From contig CAZJJX010000003.1 in NCBI GenBank assembly GCA_964546555.1, positions 13,139-77,138 of the forward strand: a stretch of 64,000 nt of DNA, read 5' to 3'. The stretch comes from an uncultured Candidatus Saccharibacteria bacterium. GTDB taxonomy: Bacteria; Patescibacteriota; Minisyncoccia; Phycocordibacterales; UBA5272. The notes beneath the pieces are model-generated. The model was not told where the DNA came from, did not search any database, and saw only the letters and a list, made by a program, of their open reading frames with translations. Below, piece by piece: positions 8,635 to 17,064 of this stretch. The position numbers and the translations under genes were made by a program. Positions within the stretch are counted from its first letter, which is position 1. Each line of letters opens with the position of its first letter.

Positions 8635-9090
8635 TTACTTTTCAGTAAGAGCTTTTAGTTGTTGTAATGCTTTAGGCCACATTTCATCAAACATTTGTTT
8701 ATATTCATCATTAACATCAATATCAACAGTTAGCTCTGTCCCATCATTAATCTCTGTGAATGTGTAATTTTCAAAGGATGGTACCCATTTCATAACTTCC
8801 TCACTCGTGGTATCAATAGTGCCGTTTTTAATAAACCCTAGATGTTCGATAGAAATAAATTCATAGTTTCTATTTTCTTTAATGCGACTGAACATGCCTG
8901 ATACTTCATTTTTGTTATCATCATTTGAACCAACGAATCGCATCTCACTGCCTTGCTCCCAGGTACCTTCGTAGCTTGAAGATGGGCCAAAAGCAGTTGC
9001 CCATTGCTCATATGTTTCTTTGCTTAGCATTGTATTCCAAACCTTTTCTTTTGAAGCGTTAATATGTATAGAAAAGCGTATCTTTTGCAT
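8635..9090 (-). CDS. SRPBCC (AHSA1/START-like) domain protein
   Basis: N-terminus reads IHINASKEKVWNTMLSKETYEQWATAF. Size and pattern are typical of the Aha1-like SRPBCC family. Confidence 0.75.
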   Translation of the reverse strand: MQKIRFSIHINASKEKVWNTMLSKETYEQWATAFGPSSSYEGTWEQGSEMRFVGSNDDNKNEVSGMFSRIKENRNYEFISIEHLGFIKNGTIDTTSEEVMKWVPSFENYTFTEINDGTELTVDIDVNDEYKQMFDEMWPKALQQLKALTEK

Positions 9091-9109
9091 AGTTTACTTG
9101 TATTATTTA

Positions 9110-9526
9110 TTAATTCGACTCAACGTACTTTTTGAAATTATCAAGAATAGACTGCCAGCCACTACGCTGCATCTCCTCAGGGTTCTCATTTTCTGGATCG
9201 AATGTTTCTGTAATGTGTGTAGCCTCACCATGTGATTCAAATGTAATGTGTACGTTTCGGGCACCATCGCCATCCATTGTATACGCGATAATTTTGTGAG
9301 GATCTATTTGTGTGTACGTACCAGTAAAATCAAATGAAGCACCACCATCTTTTGCGCTCATTGTTGTCTTGAATCGTCCATTAACAGTTACGTCATTTTC
9401 TGCATATGGTGCTTCCCAAGTATCAGAAGCGAATGCCCACTTGGTGATATGTTCAGGGAGTGTCCACATATTCCAGACTTTTTGAACAGGTGCATTAATT
9501 GTTGCTTTTATAGTGATTGGTTGCAT
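9110..9526 (-). CDS. SRPBCC (AHSA1/START-like) domain protein
   Basis: I chose the internal start MQPITIKATINAPVQKVWNMWTLPEHITKWAF at 9526. The longer ORF would overlap the upstream gene. It is a paralog of the neighbouring gene. Confidence 0.75.
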   Translation of the reverse strand: MQPITIKATINAPVQKVWNMWTLPEHITKWAFASDTWEAPYAENDVTVNGRFKTTMSAKDGGASFDFTGTYTQIDPHKIIAYTMDGDGARNVHITFESHGEATHITETFDPENENPEEMQRSGWQSILDNFKKYVESN

Positions 9527-9530
9527 GATG

Positions 9531-10226
9531 TTACTTTGTTGCAAAACAATAGAATAGTCCTGCTCCACCAGTTGATCTAAGTGCTGGAAGACTACATCCA
9601 CGAGACATATGAGATGAGTTCCATGATTTCATTGGAGCTGACTCATTGATACCGATACGGTCATGATGCCCAACGTACGCCGAACCTGCGTCACTTGATG
9701 TCCAGTTATTACATGTCGTATCGGTTGATGTCGCTACTGCGGTGCCATACATGGTAGATCCAGTTAAGATGTCATGCATATTAACTGTATCTCCGCGACC
9801 AGAAATAATTTCTCCTTTTTCATTGAGTGCTGTTATTTTCGAAAGTGCATTAACGCCATGGAGCTCTTCGAGGTTTCTTGCAACAAGCTCACCACGAGCG
9901 TTATACCATGGACCGTTACCAATTCTGTCTTTTGCATTAACTCCAGGAGTACCATTTTTATCAACAGTACTTAGGTATGCCTTCCAAGTCTTGCCAGTTA
10001 TACCAACTTCCTTTGCAAGTGATGTACAGTATGAGTCAGCGCCTGCTAATCCACCGAGATCTCCACCACGACCCGGGTTGACGCTTGTTATAAAGAAAGA
10101 CATTTTAGGAGATACGTTGTACGAAATTTTTGAATCTTTCCATTTATCGGCAAATTGTACAAAGAATGCCAGTAAGAGGATAACAACAATAACAAGGAGT
10201 GCGATTTTGTGTATTCTTTTTTTCAT
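9531..10226 (-). CDS. secreted protein with endostatin-like/DUF1554-like domain
   Basis: Start at MKKRIHK followed by a TM/signal helix. Three segments parallel the collagen XVIII endostatin pattern as I recall it: FFITSVNPGRGGDLGGLAGADSYCTSLAKEVGITGKTWKAYLS, TTCNNWTSSD and the C-terminal FYCFA. The domain call is tentative. Confidence 0.5.
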   Translation of the reverse strand: MKKRIHKIALLVIVVILLLAFFVQFADKWKDSKISYNVSPKMSFFITSVNPGRGGDLGGLAGADSYCTSLAKEVGITGKTWKAYLSTVDKNGTPGVNAKDRIGNGPWYNARGELVARNLEELHGVNALSKITALNEKGEIISGRGDTVNMHDILTGSTMYGTAVATSTDTTCNNWTSSDAGSAYVGHHDRIGINESAPMKSWNSSHMSRGCSLPALRSTGGAGLFYCFATK

Positions 10227-10385
10227 ATAGTTATATTGCATAGAGTGTAGCATTTAATGCATAGTTGCGCTCATTTGATAAGTTGAAATTTATGAACAAC
10301 CTGTCACGAAATCTGTTGACAACTGTTAATATAAGTACAAGGGAAAACCTCTTTCTTTATCGGTAATAAAAGCAATTATATATTC

Positions 10386-11732
10386 ATGTCAAAAAAAGCA
10401 CTTATTGTAGCGGGGGTTCTTGCGGTAGTAAGTTTGCACAGTGCTTTTGCCTTTCAGGTAAAAGAAACAGCTCGGTATTTTAATGGTCCAACAATTAATG
10501 CTGTTACTTCAACTACAGCAAAGTTGTCGCTTTCCGAGTTGGTTCTTGGTGATTTAACTTCAGAAGAAAAGCAGGGGGTATATTTTCAGTATTATGAGAC
10601 AGATCTAGTGTGTATTGCAATATATCCAACACCAGAGTATTGTCTTCCAAAGAAAACTGAAGTAGGAAAGACAGATATAACAATTACAAACCTAAAGCCT
10701 AATACATCATATACTGCTGTCTATAAAAGAGATAATACAATTCGATGTATAACGACACCATGTCCTGAGAATGGATATGAAAGTTTATCAGTACAATTCA
10801 AAACTCTACCTAATGGGTCTACAGGAGAAATAAGTAAAGATACACCATCTGGAACAAAGCGTGTAACAGGTAATCTAAGTATACGAAGTAGAGGTGAGCA
10901 AGTTACAACACTTCAGAGTATTCTTATCCAAAAAGGATATCTAACCGGTGAGCCGACAGGATACTTCGGAGTAGTAACACTAAAGGCGGTAAAAGAGTTT
11001 CAGAGAGCTAATAATATTCCTCCAACAGGATTTGTGGGCCCACTCACTCGAGCCCTTCTTGTAAAGATTCAGGATGTTGCTCCTGTTGCCGTAGAGACAT
11101 TTGAAGGTGTTGTTACAGCATACTCAACAGCATGTTTTGCAGATGGTGAATGCAGTATAACTGTTGATGGTAAGAAAGTTGTAACAACTATTGGCTGGTC
11201 GCAGGCAACGGTTGGTAAAGTGACAGGTATTCCTGATTTTGGCTCTATCGAAAAGTACGTTGGTTCACGTGCAAAGGTGTATGCCAAGAAGACAGAAGAT
11301 GGTTACACACTTTATGGTAGTGAAGATTATTATATTCATGTGCTCGGAGCTTCTTCTTCTAAGTTGCCAGCAGGAAGCGCTACACCAGGAGCGGTGTCAT
11401 CGTTACATGGTATAACATGGGTATGGAATAAAACTCTTGTCGATGGCGTTAATCAAGTTACACCAGAAAAGAAGGGTGTGTTTACGTTGAAACTCAATGA
11501 AGATGGGACCTTATCTGGTACCACAGATTGTAATAGTTACTTTGGTACATATAAGGTTGGAAGTGACGGAGTAGTATCTTTTGGTGCGCTTGGTTTGACT
11601 AGAATGGCATGTGAAAATTCTCAGGAATCAGTATTTACTAGTTATCTTCAAGGTGTTTCATCGTACAATCTTGGATTAGATGGTGTGCTAACACTTAAAA
11701 ATGGCATAACAGTAAGCTATTTTACAAAGTAG
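10386..11732 (+). CDS. secreted protein with peptidoglycan-binding (PG_binding_1) and C-terminal META domains
   Basis: Has a signal peptide and the PG-binding segment TLQSILIQKGYLTGEPTGYFGVVTLKAVKEFQ. The C-terminus has a META/HslJ-like pattern (WVWNKT...TDCNSYFGTYKVG...LTRMACE). Confidence 0.75.
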   Translation: MSKKALIVAGVLAVVSLHSAFAFQVKETARYFNGPTINAVTSTTAKLSLSELVLGDLTSEEKQGVYFQYYETDLVCIAIYPTPEYCLPKKTEVGKTDITITNLKPNTSYTAVYKRDNTIRCITTPCPENGYESLSVQFKTLPNGSTGEISKDTPSGTKRVTGNLSIRSRGEQVTTLQSILIQKGYLTGEPTGYFGVVTLKAVKEFQRANNIPPTGFVGPLTRALLVKIQDVAPVAVETFEGVVTAYSTACFADGECSITVDGKKVVTTIGWSQATVGKVTGIPDFGSIEKYVGSRAKVYAKKTEDGYTLYGSEDYYIHVLGASSSKLPAGSATPGAVSSLHGITWVWNKTLVDGVNQVTPEKKGVFTLKLNEDGTLSGTTDCNSYFGTYKVGSDGVVSFGALGLTRMACENSQESVFTSYLQGVSSYNLGLDGVLTLKNGITVSYFTK

Positions 11733-11814
11733 TATCTTGTATTGTGAATATTCATAATTGTGTGTAATTAATTTGCTATACTCATTATAAGTCTATATAT
11801 TAAGACTGATCATT

Positions 11815-12390
11815 ATGAAAAAACATACTATACTTACAGGAATTCTTATTTCAACAATTGCATTTTCGTTTGCTCAAGAAGCAGGAGAAAGAAAGTTTAC
11901 CGCAACAGGGACTCGTCCAATTAAATCAAAGATTGAGGACAACAAAGGAAAGATGATGCGTGCTATGCCGAACTCTGGTATGGGTACATCAACTATGGGC
12001 ATGAAAGATGACGACATGCCACCAATGACAGGAGATGCTGCTACTGATAAAAAAATCCAAGCACTTCATAAAGAGATGATGGACAAAATAAAAGCAACTC
12101 GTGAAGAGTATCAGAAAAAGATTAAAGCTGTAATTGGTGAGAGAAAAGTTTTAACAAAAGAAGCTGTCCGTATGATGCAAGCATCATCTACAATGAAAGG
12201 TGATGATCATATGCGTATGATGAAGGGTTCGTCTACTATGGTGACTAGCTCTTCAACAGAAGGGCGTCGGCCATTCCCTCGAAATGGCGAGGTGCGAGGC
12301 GAGAGTACAGAAGCAAATGAAGTAGGTGCTACTGAAGCTCAAGGACAAGGTGGTTTCAGGGGTTTCTTTAATAGATTCTTTGGTCATTAA
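11815..12390 (+). CDS. secreted Met-rich low-complexity protein
   Basis: Has a signal peptide and repeated Met clusters (MMRAMPNSGMGTSTMGMKDDDMPPM, MRMMKGSSTM). No recognised domain. Confidence 0.55.
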   Translation: MKKHTILTGILISTIAFSFAQEAGERKFTATGTRPIKSKIEDNKGKMMRAMPNSGMGTSTMGMKDDDMPPMTGDAATDKKIQALHKEMMDKIKATREEYQKKIKAVIGERKVLTKEAVRMMQASSTMKGDDHMRMMKGSSTMVTSSSTEGRRPFPRNGEVRGESTEANEVGATEAQGQGGFRGFFNRFFGH

Positions 12391-12466
12391 TTTTTAAAGC
12401 AAGTTGGATAAAAAGCACCTATTCATAGGTGCTTTTTGCTTAATTTTCATGTATACTGTCACGATT

Positions 12467-12553
12467 GGAGGATTGGATGAGTGGCTTAAATCAACGGTTT
12501 ACTAAACCGTCGAGCCTTTATTGGCTCCGTGAGTTCGAATCTCACATCCTCCG
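12467..12553 (+). tRNA. type II (long variable arm) tRNA, Ser-like, anticodon reads ACT
   Basis: Hand-folded cloverleaf. Acceptor stem is GGAGGAT/ATCCTCC and the D arm is GAT-GAGTGGCTTAA-ATC. The anticodon arm is ACGGT-TTACTAA-ACCGT and the variable arm is GAGCC-TTTATT-GGCTC. The T arm is GTGAG-TTCGAAT-CTCAC with discriminator G. No encoded CCA. Confidence 0.8.
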
Positions 12554-12568
12554 CTCGTACAAAAATGC

Positions 12569-12598
12569 GCCAACCTGGGAAACCAGGTGGCCATTTTT
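12569..12598 (+). terminator. rho-independent terminator after tRNA-Ser
   Basis: Stem GCCAACCTGG / CCAGGTGGC (one bulged A) with a GAAA loop, followed by CATTTTTG. Confidence 0.6.
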
Positions 12599-12600
12599 GT

Positions 12601-12925
12601 TGAGCGGAGGATAGTAAACCAAACTGCTTTGGTTTACGGTGAGATTCGAATAGGGGTCGCGAATCTGCTTCGAGGAACAATGTAAGGAAAAAGATCGAAG
12701 AACAAATGAGGAAGGGGTTTGGTGTTGACGTTTACACGGACGACTCCGACATGGCTCTCTATCTGTTCACTGTCCATTCGATGGATAGTCTCTACTGGAG
12801 AACCCGAGAGACGTTCACCACTCAGCAGAGTGGCCGCCATCTCGGCCAGCGATTCGTTCAATAAACTGGTTTGACCAGTACAACCCGCCCAACGGTGAAA
12901 AGCCCGTTTCGGCGGGCTTTGTTTT
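12601..12925 (+). ncRNA. putative structured RNA: tRNA-skeleton/T-arm-like repeat module fused to a GC-rich hairpin-dense region ending in an intrinsic terminator
   Basis: The 5-prime module has a CTGC-loop hairpin (12614-12637) and a 27-nt core (12648-12674) identical to 48578-48604. Consecutive short hairpins follow: CCAT-TCG-ATGG, GTCTCT..AGAGAC, CACTC-AGCA-GAGTG, GGCCG..CGGCC and CTGGT-TTG-ACCAG. It ends with the stem AAGCCCG/CGGGCTT plus TTGTTTTT at 12899-12925. No family assigned. Confidence 0.4.
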
Positions 12926-13064
12926 TATAGATTAGATTTAATTAACAAACCATTTGTTTTAATAATAGTGTCCCAACCTTGCCCCATATTCTCCGCTTAA
13001 AGTTTTTAACCAAGCAGGGGGTCAATGTTAAAGACCAGAATCTCTCTTTTCAAGAGCTGTGGAA

Positions 13065-13096
13065 TAAAAAATCACCTCTACGAAAGTAAAAGGTGA
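13065..13096 (-). terminator. rho-independent terminator
   Basis: Stem TCACCT/AGGTGA is followed on the minus strand by TTTTTTATT. It lies directly downstream of the 13112-13621 gene. Confidence 0.5.
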
Positions 13097-13111
13097 CTTG
13101 TTGAATATGTC

Positions 13112-13621
13112 TCAAACAATTTTTCCGAGATCGTTCGGATTAGATAGGTCATTGACGATAATTGCCTTGCCTTTGCTTTCACCAGACAAGAGTATTTCAA
13201 TCGGCGAAGGAATTCGCTCGACTCTGCCAGGTGGCATCCAGAATCCTTGTCTATCTATTCCACTGCCAGCGCAATTCCAACCTAAGCATCCAATAAGGAG
13301 ACGTTCATCCTTGTCATACCGTACTGCATGTTCGGGGACCTTGTAGGATTCTTTTGGAATGAAGAGCGTGACTGGATCTCCTACATGGATTGAGTTCTCG
13401 CACCACGCACACTTGATCGACATTTTGGCAATGCAATCGAGGCAGTAGTCTGGGTTACCGTTCTCGGAGAGAGGCATTGAAGTTATATGACTTTCTCCGT
13501 GAGATGTCAGCTCACCAGTCTTCTTTGTGAGATGTTTGCAGACCTTTGCGGTGTGTGTTTTGCGAAACGGATACGAAATTGCGAGCCAGAAGACTCGTAG
13601 ACGATACAGTATTTGGTACAT
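13112..13621 (-). CDS. hypothetical Cys-rich protein in GC-richer islet
   Basis: 169-aa ORF whose composition is visibly more GC-rich than the flanks. Contains CLDC...CAWC and GCLGWNCAGSG. No recognised domain. Confidence 0.55.
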   Translation of the reverse strand: MYQILYRLRVFWLAISYPFRKTHTAKVCKHLTKKTGELTSHGESHITSMPLSENGNPDYCLDCIAKMSIKCAWCENSIHVGDPVTLFIPKESYKVPEHAVRYDKDERLLIGCLGWNCAGSGIDRQGFWMPPGRVERIPSPIEILLSGESKGKAIIVNDLSNPNDLGKIV

Positions 13622-13858
13622 ATAGGGCTCCTTTTGGTTTGGGTTTCTCCGGAGGTAATACTACGTGATATTCAGCAATAAGTCTAGAGTTATCAAACTT
13701 TTTATTTCTACTTGCGTACCTAATTAAAACTTCTAAAAGTATTCTAATGTAGCATTTTGCGCCATATACCAAAGAGATGACTGGGTGGTTTTACTGTCAG
13801 ATCATCTCTTATATTAGGAATAACAAAATTTTCGATGCAGTTTGTTATACTCTTTATT

Positions 13859-14371
13859 ATGAAATTTATAATGCTTAATGGGCCCTCTTGTGCTGGGAAA
13901 AGTACTATTGTTAGTAGAATTATGGCTGAAAAAGAGAGATATTATAAATTATCTTATGATGCTCAGAAATGGTTATTTTCAAAGTATGATAGAAATATTC
14001 ATTTTGAAGATGTAAGGACTGTGCAAAGAGGTCTTGCTGAGACTGTTTGTGGGTTGAGTTATAATATTATCTGTGACTCTGCATTATATAAAGAGAATCG
14101 TGAAAAACTTTTAAGCATACCAAAAAAGTATGGATATGAGGTTATAGAAATAAATCTTGAAGCGGACTATGAAACTTTAGCAGTGCGTTTTGATGAACGT
14201 GTTAAAGATGCTTTAGCAAAAAACAGTAAAACTATTTCCAGTACATCAAAAGAAAGATTCAAAGAATTGTATGATATTTACCAAAGTGAGAAAAATAGCT
14301 CTGCAGTTGTATTAAGAACAGATCTGCACAACCAAGAAGAAATATTTAAGAGTATCTTAGAATTGATTTAA
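13859..14371 (+). CDS. P-loop kinase-like protein (AAA_33/zeta-toxin-like fold)
   Basis: Has the Walker A motif LNGPSCAGKST near the N-terminus and is about 170 aa. I chose the start at the ATG at 13859. Confidence 0.6.
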   Translation: MKFIMLNGPSCAGKSTIVSRIMAEKERYYKLSYDAQKWLFSKYDRNIHFEDVRTVQRGLAETVCGLSYNIICDSALYKENREKLLSIPKKYGYEVIEINLEADYETLAVRFDERVKDALAKNSKTISSTSKERFKELYDIYQSEKNSSAVVLRTDLHNQEEIFKSILELI

Positions 14372-14498
14372 GGGTGTTGCAACCTCGTATCACAATGCCC
14401 ACAAGATGATATTTATTTATAAGAGTTAGGTGTTCTGATTAATTATGAGATACTTGATATGTACGTAATACGTTGCACTAAATCATTTTATAAGCACT

Positions 14499-15497
14499 AT
14501 GCCTGCAGAAAATAAAGACAGTAATAAAGTTAAGATTCCCTTCGGTGTAAGATTTTTTAGATTTATCACTTTTATTTTTTTATGTAATGTGGTAGTTGCT
14601 GTCCTGGCTTTTTTGTCTCACGGTGAAGCGTTGGGTTTGCTTATTATTTTTGATATTGTGTTTATGCTTGCTGCATTTTCGATTTTATTTCAAAAATACG
14701 AAGCACAACCACAGAAGATAGCTAAGTCTGCAAGAAAGACTAAGTATTCTTTATTTGTGATTCTGGCTGGAGTTTTATTGGCATTTATTGTTTACTATTT
14801 TTCTCGTCATTTTGGAGTCTCGGTAATATCGTGTTTGTTTGTAGTTCAAATTGCAATTATCTACAGTATTATTGTTAACAAAAAAGAGCAAGAAAAAAAT
14901 TGTCGAGAATTTGCAGCTAAGGCAGGGTACACCTATTTTCCAAAAGGGGCAGTGAATACTCTTCCGAGTATGTTCACTAATCTCGGAGATGGTTTGCTTA
15001 TATGGAATATTTTTGAAACATCGTACCAGAATTATCCTGTTCGATTATTTGATTTATCGTTTAGAGTTGGTAGTGGCAAACATGAAAGAGTGCATACAAG
15101 TACTGTATACGAAATGACATTACCACAGCAGTTTCCTTTAATGATTATTGCAGCAAAAGAAGGTATTGCTTCATGGGTAGAAAGGTTTTCGTCCCAGCGG
15201 GTAGAGCGTGTGAAACTCGAAGGTAACTTTAATAACACTTTTACTACATATGCTGAAAGTGGTGCGCAGATGGAAATACGAGTGATCCTTTCACCAGATG
15301 ATATGGCGTTACTTATAGATGAGATGAGCGAACACTCTTTTGTTTTTAGTGAGAACAAAGTATTTGTGTTTTACTCTGGGAAAATGATTGATTATATAGA
15401 AGAACTGGCTTCCGAGGAAGAATATAAAAAACAGCTAGGTCAGATAGAAAAGGTGATTTTAAAATGGTTACCGAGTTTACTTAGACTTCATACTTAG
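14499..15497 (+). CDS. hypothetical membrane protein (possibly DUF3137-like)
   Basis: Has four N-terminal TM helices followed by a soluble domain of about 200 aa. The family assignment is tentative. Confidence 0.5.
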   Translation: MPAENKDSNKVKIPFGVRFFRFITFIFLCNVVVAVLAFLSHGEALGLLIIFDIVFMLAAFSILFQKYEAQPQKIAKSARKTKYSLFVILAGVLLAFIVYYFSRHFGVSVISCLFVVQIAIIYSIIVNKKEQEKNCREFAAKAGYTYFPKGAVNTLPSMFTNLGDGLLIWNIFETSYQNYPVRLFDLSFRVGSGKHERVHTSTVYEMTLPQQFPLMIIAAKEGIASWVERFSSQRVERVKLEGNFNNTFTTYAESGAQMEIRVILSPDDMALLIDEMSEHSFVFSENKVFVFYSGKMIDYIEELASEEEYKKQLGQIEKVILKWLPSLLRLHT

Positions 15498-15589
15498 TCT
15501 TATTAATAGTTGCTACTGTTAGGTTTATGATTGAATTGTGTGAATAATAGTGTACGTTCTAAAAGTATGTTATGTGGTAACATATATAT

Positions 15590-16441
15590 ATGAAAATAAA
15601 AAATAATGTAGCCACTCTTTTACTAGTCGCGTCTTTTGGAACTACATTTGCGTACGGTGACTGTCGAGACACAATAAATGGTTGTACAATTGAGCAATTA
15701 GTTGTACTTGGTAGTAGTGCTCCAACGAATAATCAAGATAGAATCAATGCATATACAATGGCAATTGAAAAAATTAATCTAAAAATAAAGGAGCTTTCTA
15801 CAACAAGTATGCCTAGTAGTGGTATCACCGAAACTTCTAAACAGTCTTGTATTGACCTAAAGAATAATTTGGTGCTTGGAAAATCTGACATAGAGACTGG
15901 TGGAGAAGTTTCTGCACTTCAGAAGTATTTGATTGATGGAGGTTATTTACCTGTCGCTAAACCAACTGGGTATTATGGTTCTGCTACCGCAAAAGCAGTT
16001 GTTAGTTGGCAGAAAGCAAATGGTATGGATTTTGTAACCACTTCAAGTGGGGTTGGGCAGATGACACGAGGAAAGATGAAATGTGTAGCACAAACAAATA
16101 CTCCTACAGTACAAAAAATAAGTTGGAATATTCAAAAGGCAAATGCAACAGTTGCTCCAGGTTATGAATACAAAGCAGATGAACAAGCAATTTCAATTGA
16201 TGTTACGTTCGCTAATAATATAACTAAGCGCTACAGTCTTGGTAATTCATACGGTTGTACAGTATCTACAACGCTACCAGTACAAAATGGTAAAACAGTG
16301 CTTGGACAACTACAGTGCTACTACTCGTTATCAGGTAGTTACTTTTTGGCATATACCCAGAATGGGAAGTTCATTGTTGAGCGAGGTGATGAGTCAGCAA
16401 AAGACGGAAGTGTCGCCAAATCAAAGTTGCTAGAAATATAA
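15590..16441 (+). CDS. secreted protein with peptidoglycan-binding domain
   Basis: Has a signal peptide and the PG_binding_1-like segment VSALQKYLIDGGYLPVAKPTGYYGSATAKAVVSWQKANG. Confidence 0.65.
   Translation: MKIKNNVATLLLVASFGTTFAYGDCRDTINGCTIEQLVVLGSSAPTNNQDRINAYTMAIEKINLKIKELSTTSMPSSGITETSKQSCIDLKNNLVLGKSDIETGGEVSALQKYLIDGGYLPVAKPTGYYGSATAKAVVSWQKANGMDFVTTSSGVGQMTRGKMKCVAQTNTPTVQKISWNIQKANATVAPGYEYKADEQAISIDVTFANNITKRYSLGNSYGCTVSTTLPVQNGKTVLGQLQCYYSLSGSYFLAYTQNGKFIVERGDESAKDGSVAKSKLLEI
16406..16440 (+). repeat. 35-bp direct repeat, copy 1 (3-prime end of CDS 15590-16441)
   Basis: GGAAGTGTCGCCAAATCAAAGTTGCTAGAAATATA is identical to 17065-17099. Confidence 0.9.
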
Positions 16442-16460
16442 TTAATTTTAAATAACAAGT

Positions 16461-16976
16461 ATGATGTTTAAAAAAAGTATTCTCGGAGTTTCTCTTTTTT
16501 CTGTAGGTATTTTAGTTGGTGTTATAGGGGGTCGCATGATCTCAGATAGTTCTAATCCTATAACTATTTATGTGTGTCCAGATGGCACTATTCAGGATGT
16601 CGGTGCAAATGCATGTATAAAGAATGAACAAAAGAAAGAAGAATTACCTCTATTTTCTGTAAATTATGTTTCTGGGAACGCTTCGCTTAAGGTTCTTTTT
16701 ACTTCTGATCAAATTTCATCACATGATTTGTTTGACGAGAATCATGAGGTTGATTTTGGTGATTCAAGTGAAAATGGACCGGTGAGGTGTCTCAACTGGC
16801 AAAAAGGCGAAGATTTTCAATCGGCAAAATGTTTGAATTGGGGTGTTGAACATACCTACTTAACTGCAGGTGTGTATGAGACAAAACTTATAAGAAACAA
16901 GCGATGTTCCTCAGATAAAGAATGTGAGACAAGACAAAAGGAGGTCTTGAAGACACTTACTGTTACAGTTAATTAG
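16461..16976 (+). CDS. membrane-anchored hypothetical protein (PKD-like C-terminal pattern)
   Basis: Has an N-terminal TM helix. The stretch VEHTYLTAGVYETKLI resembles the PKD-domain HTY..G.Y motif. Confidence 0.5.
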   Translation: MMFKKSILGVSLFSVGILVGVIGGRMISDSSNPITIYVCPDGTIQDVGANACIKNEQKKEELPLFSVNYVSGNASLKVLFTSDQISSHDLFDENHEVDFGDSSENGPVRCLNWQKGEDFQSAKCLNWGVEHTYLTAGVYETKLIRNKRCSSDKECETRQKEVLKTLTVTVN

Positions 16977-17064
16977 CTGAACACACATTAGTGAACACAA
17001 AAAATCCTAATATAATGAAGCTGTGTCCATTTACAAGTTCTCCCTAAAAACTTCTGAATGGGAA

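Noticed and set aside
9742-10230. 162-aa plus-strand ORF antisense to the endostatin-like gene
   Set aside because: Its Pro/Ser-rich composition is typical of an antisense frame. The minus-strand gene has a signal peptide and conserved Cys pattern.
12486-12861. Minus-strand ORFs 12486-12680 and 12634-12861
   Set aside because: The first runs through the tRNA-Ser gene and its terminator. The second uses a TTG start and covers the hairpin-dense region. Both are more likely by-products of GC-rich structured sequence than genes. A small conserved peptide cannot be fully excluded.
12601-12925. tmRNA (ssrA) hypothesis, including a permuted two-piece form
   Set aside because: GGGGTCGCGAATCTGCTTCGAG superficially resembles the tmRNA 5-prime end (GGGG...GGAUUCGAC). 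However, I found no 3-prime T-arm plus acceptor/CCA segment and no tag reading frame ending in a hydrophobic ..AA-stop. The same core also recurs in short 80-nt elements. RNase P (no GAGGAAAGTCC) and SRP motifs were likewise not found.
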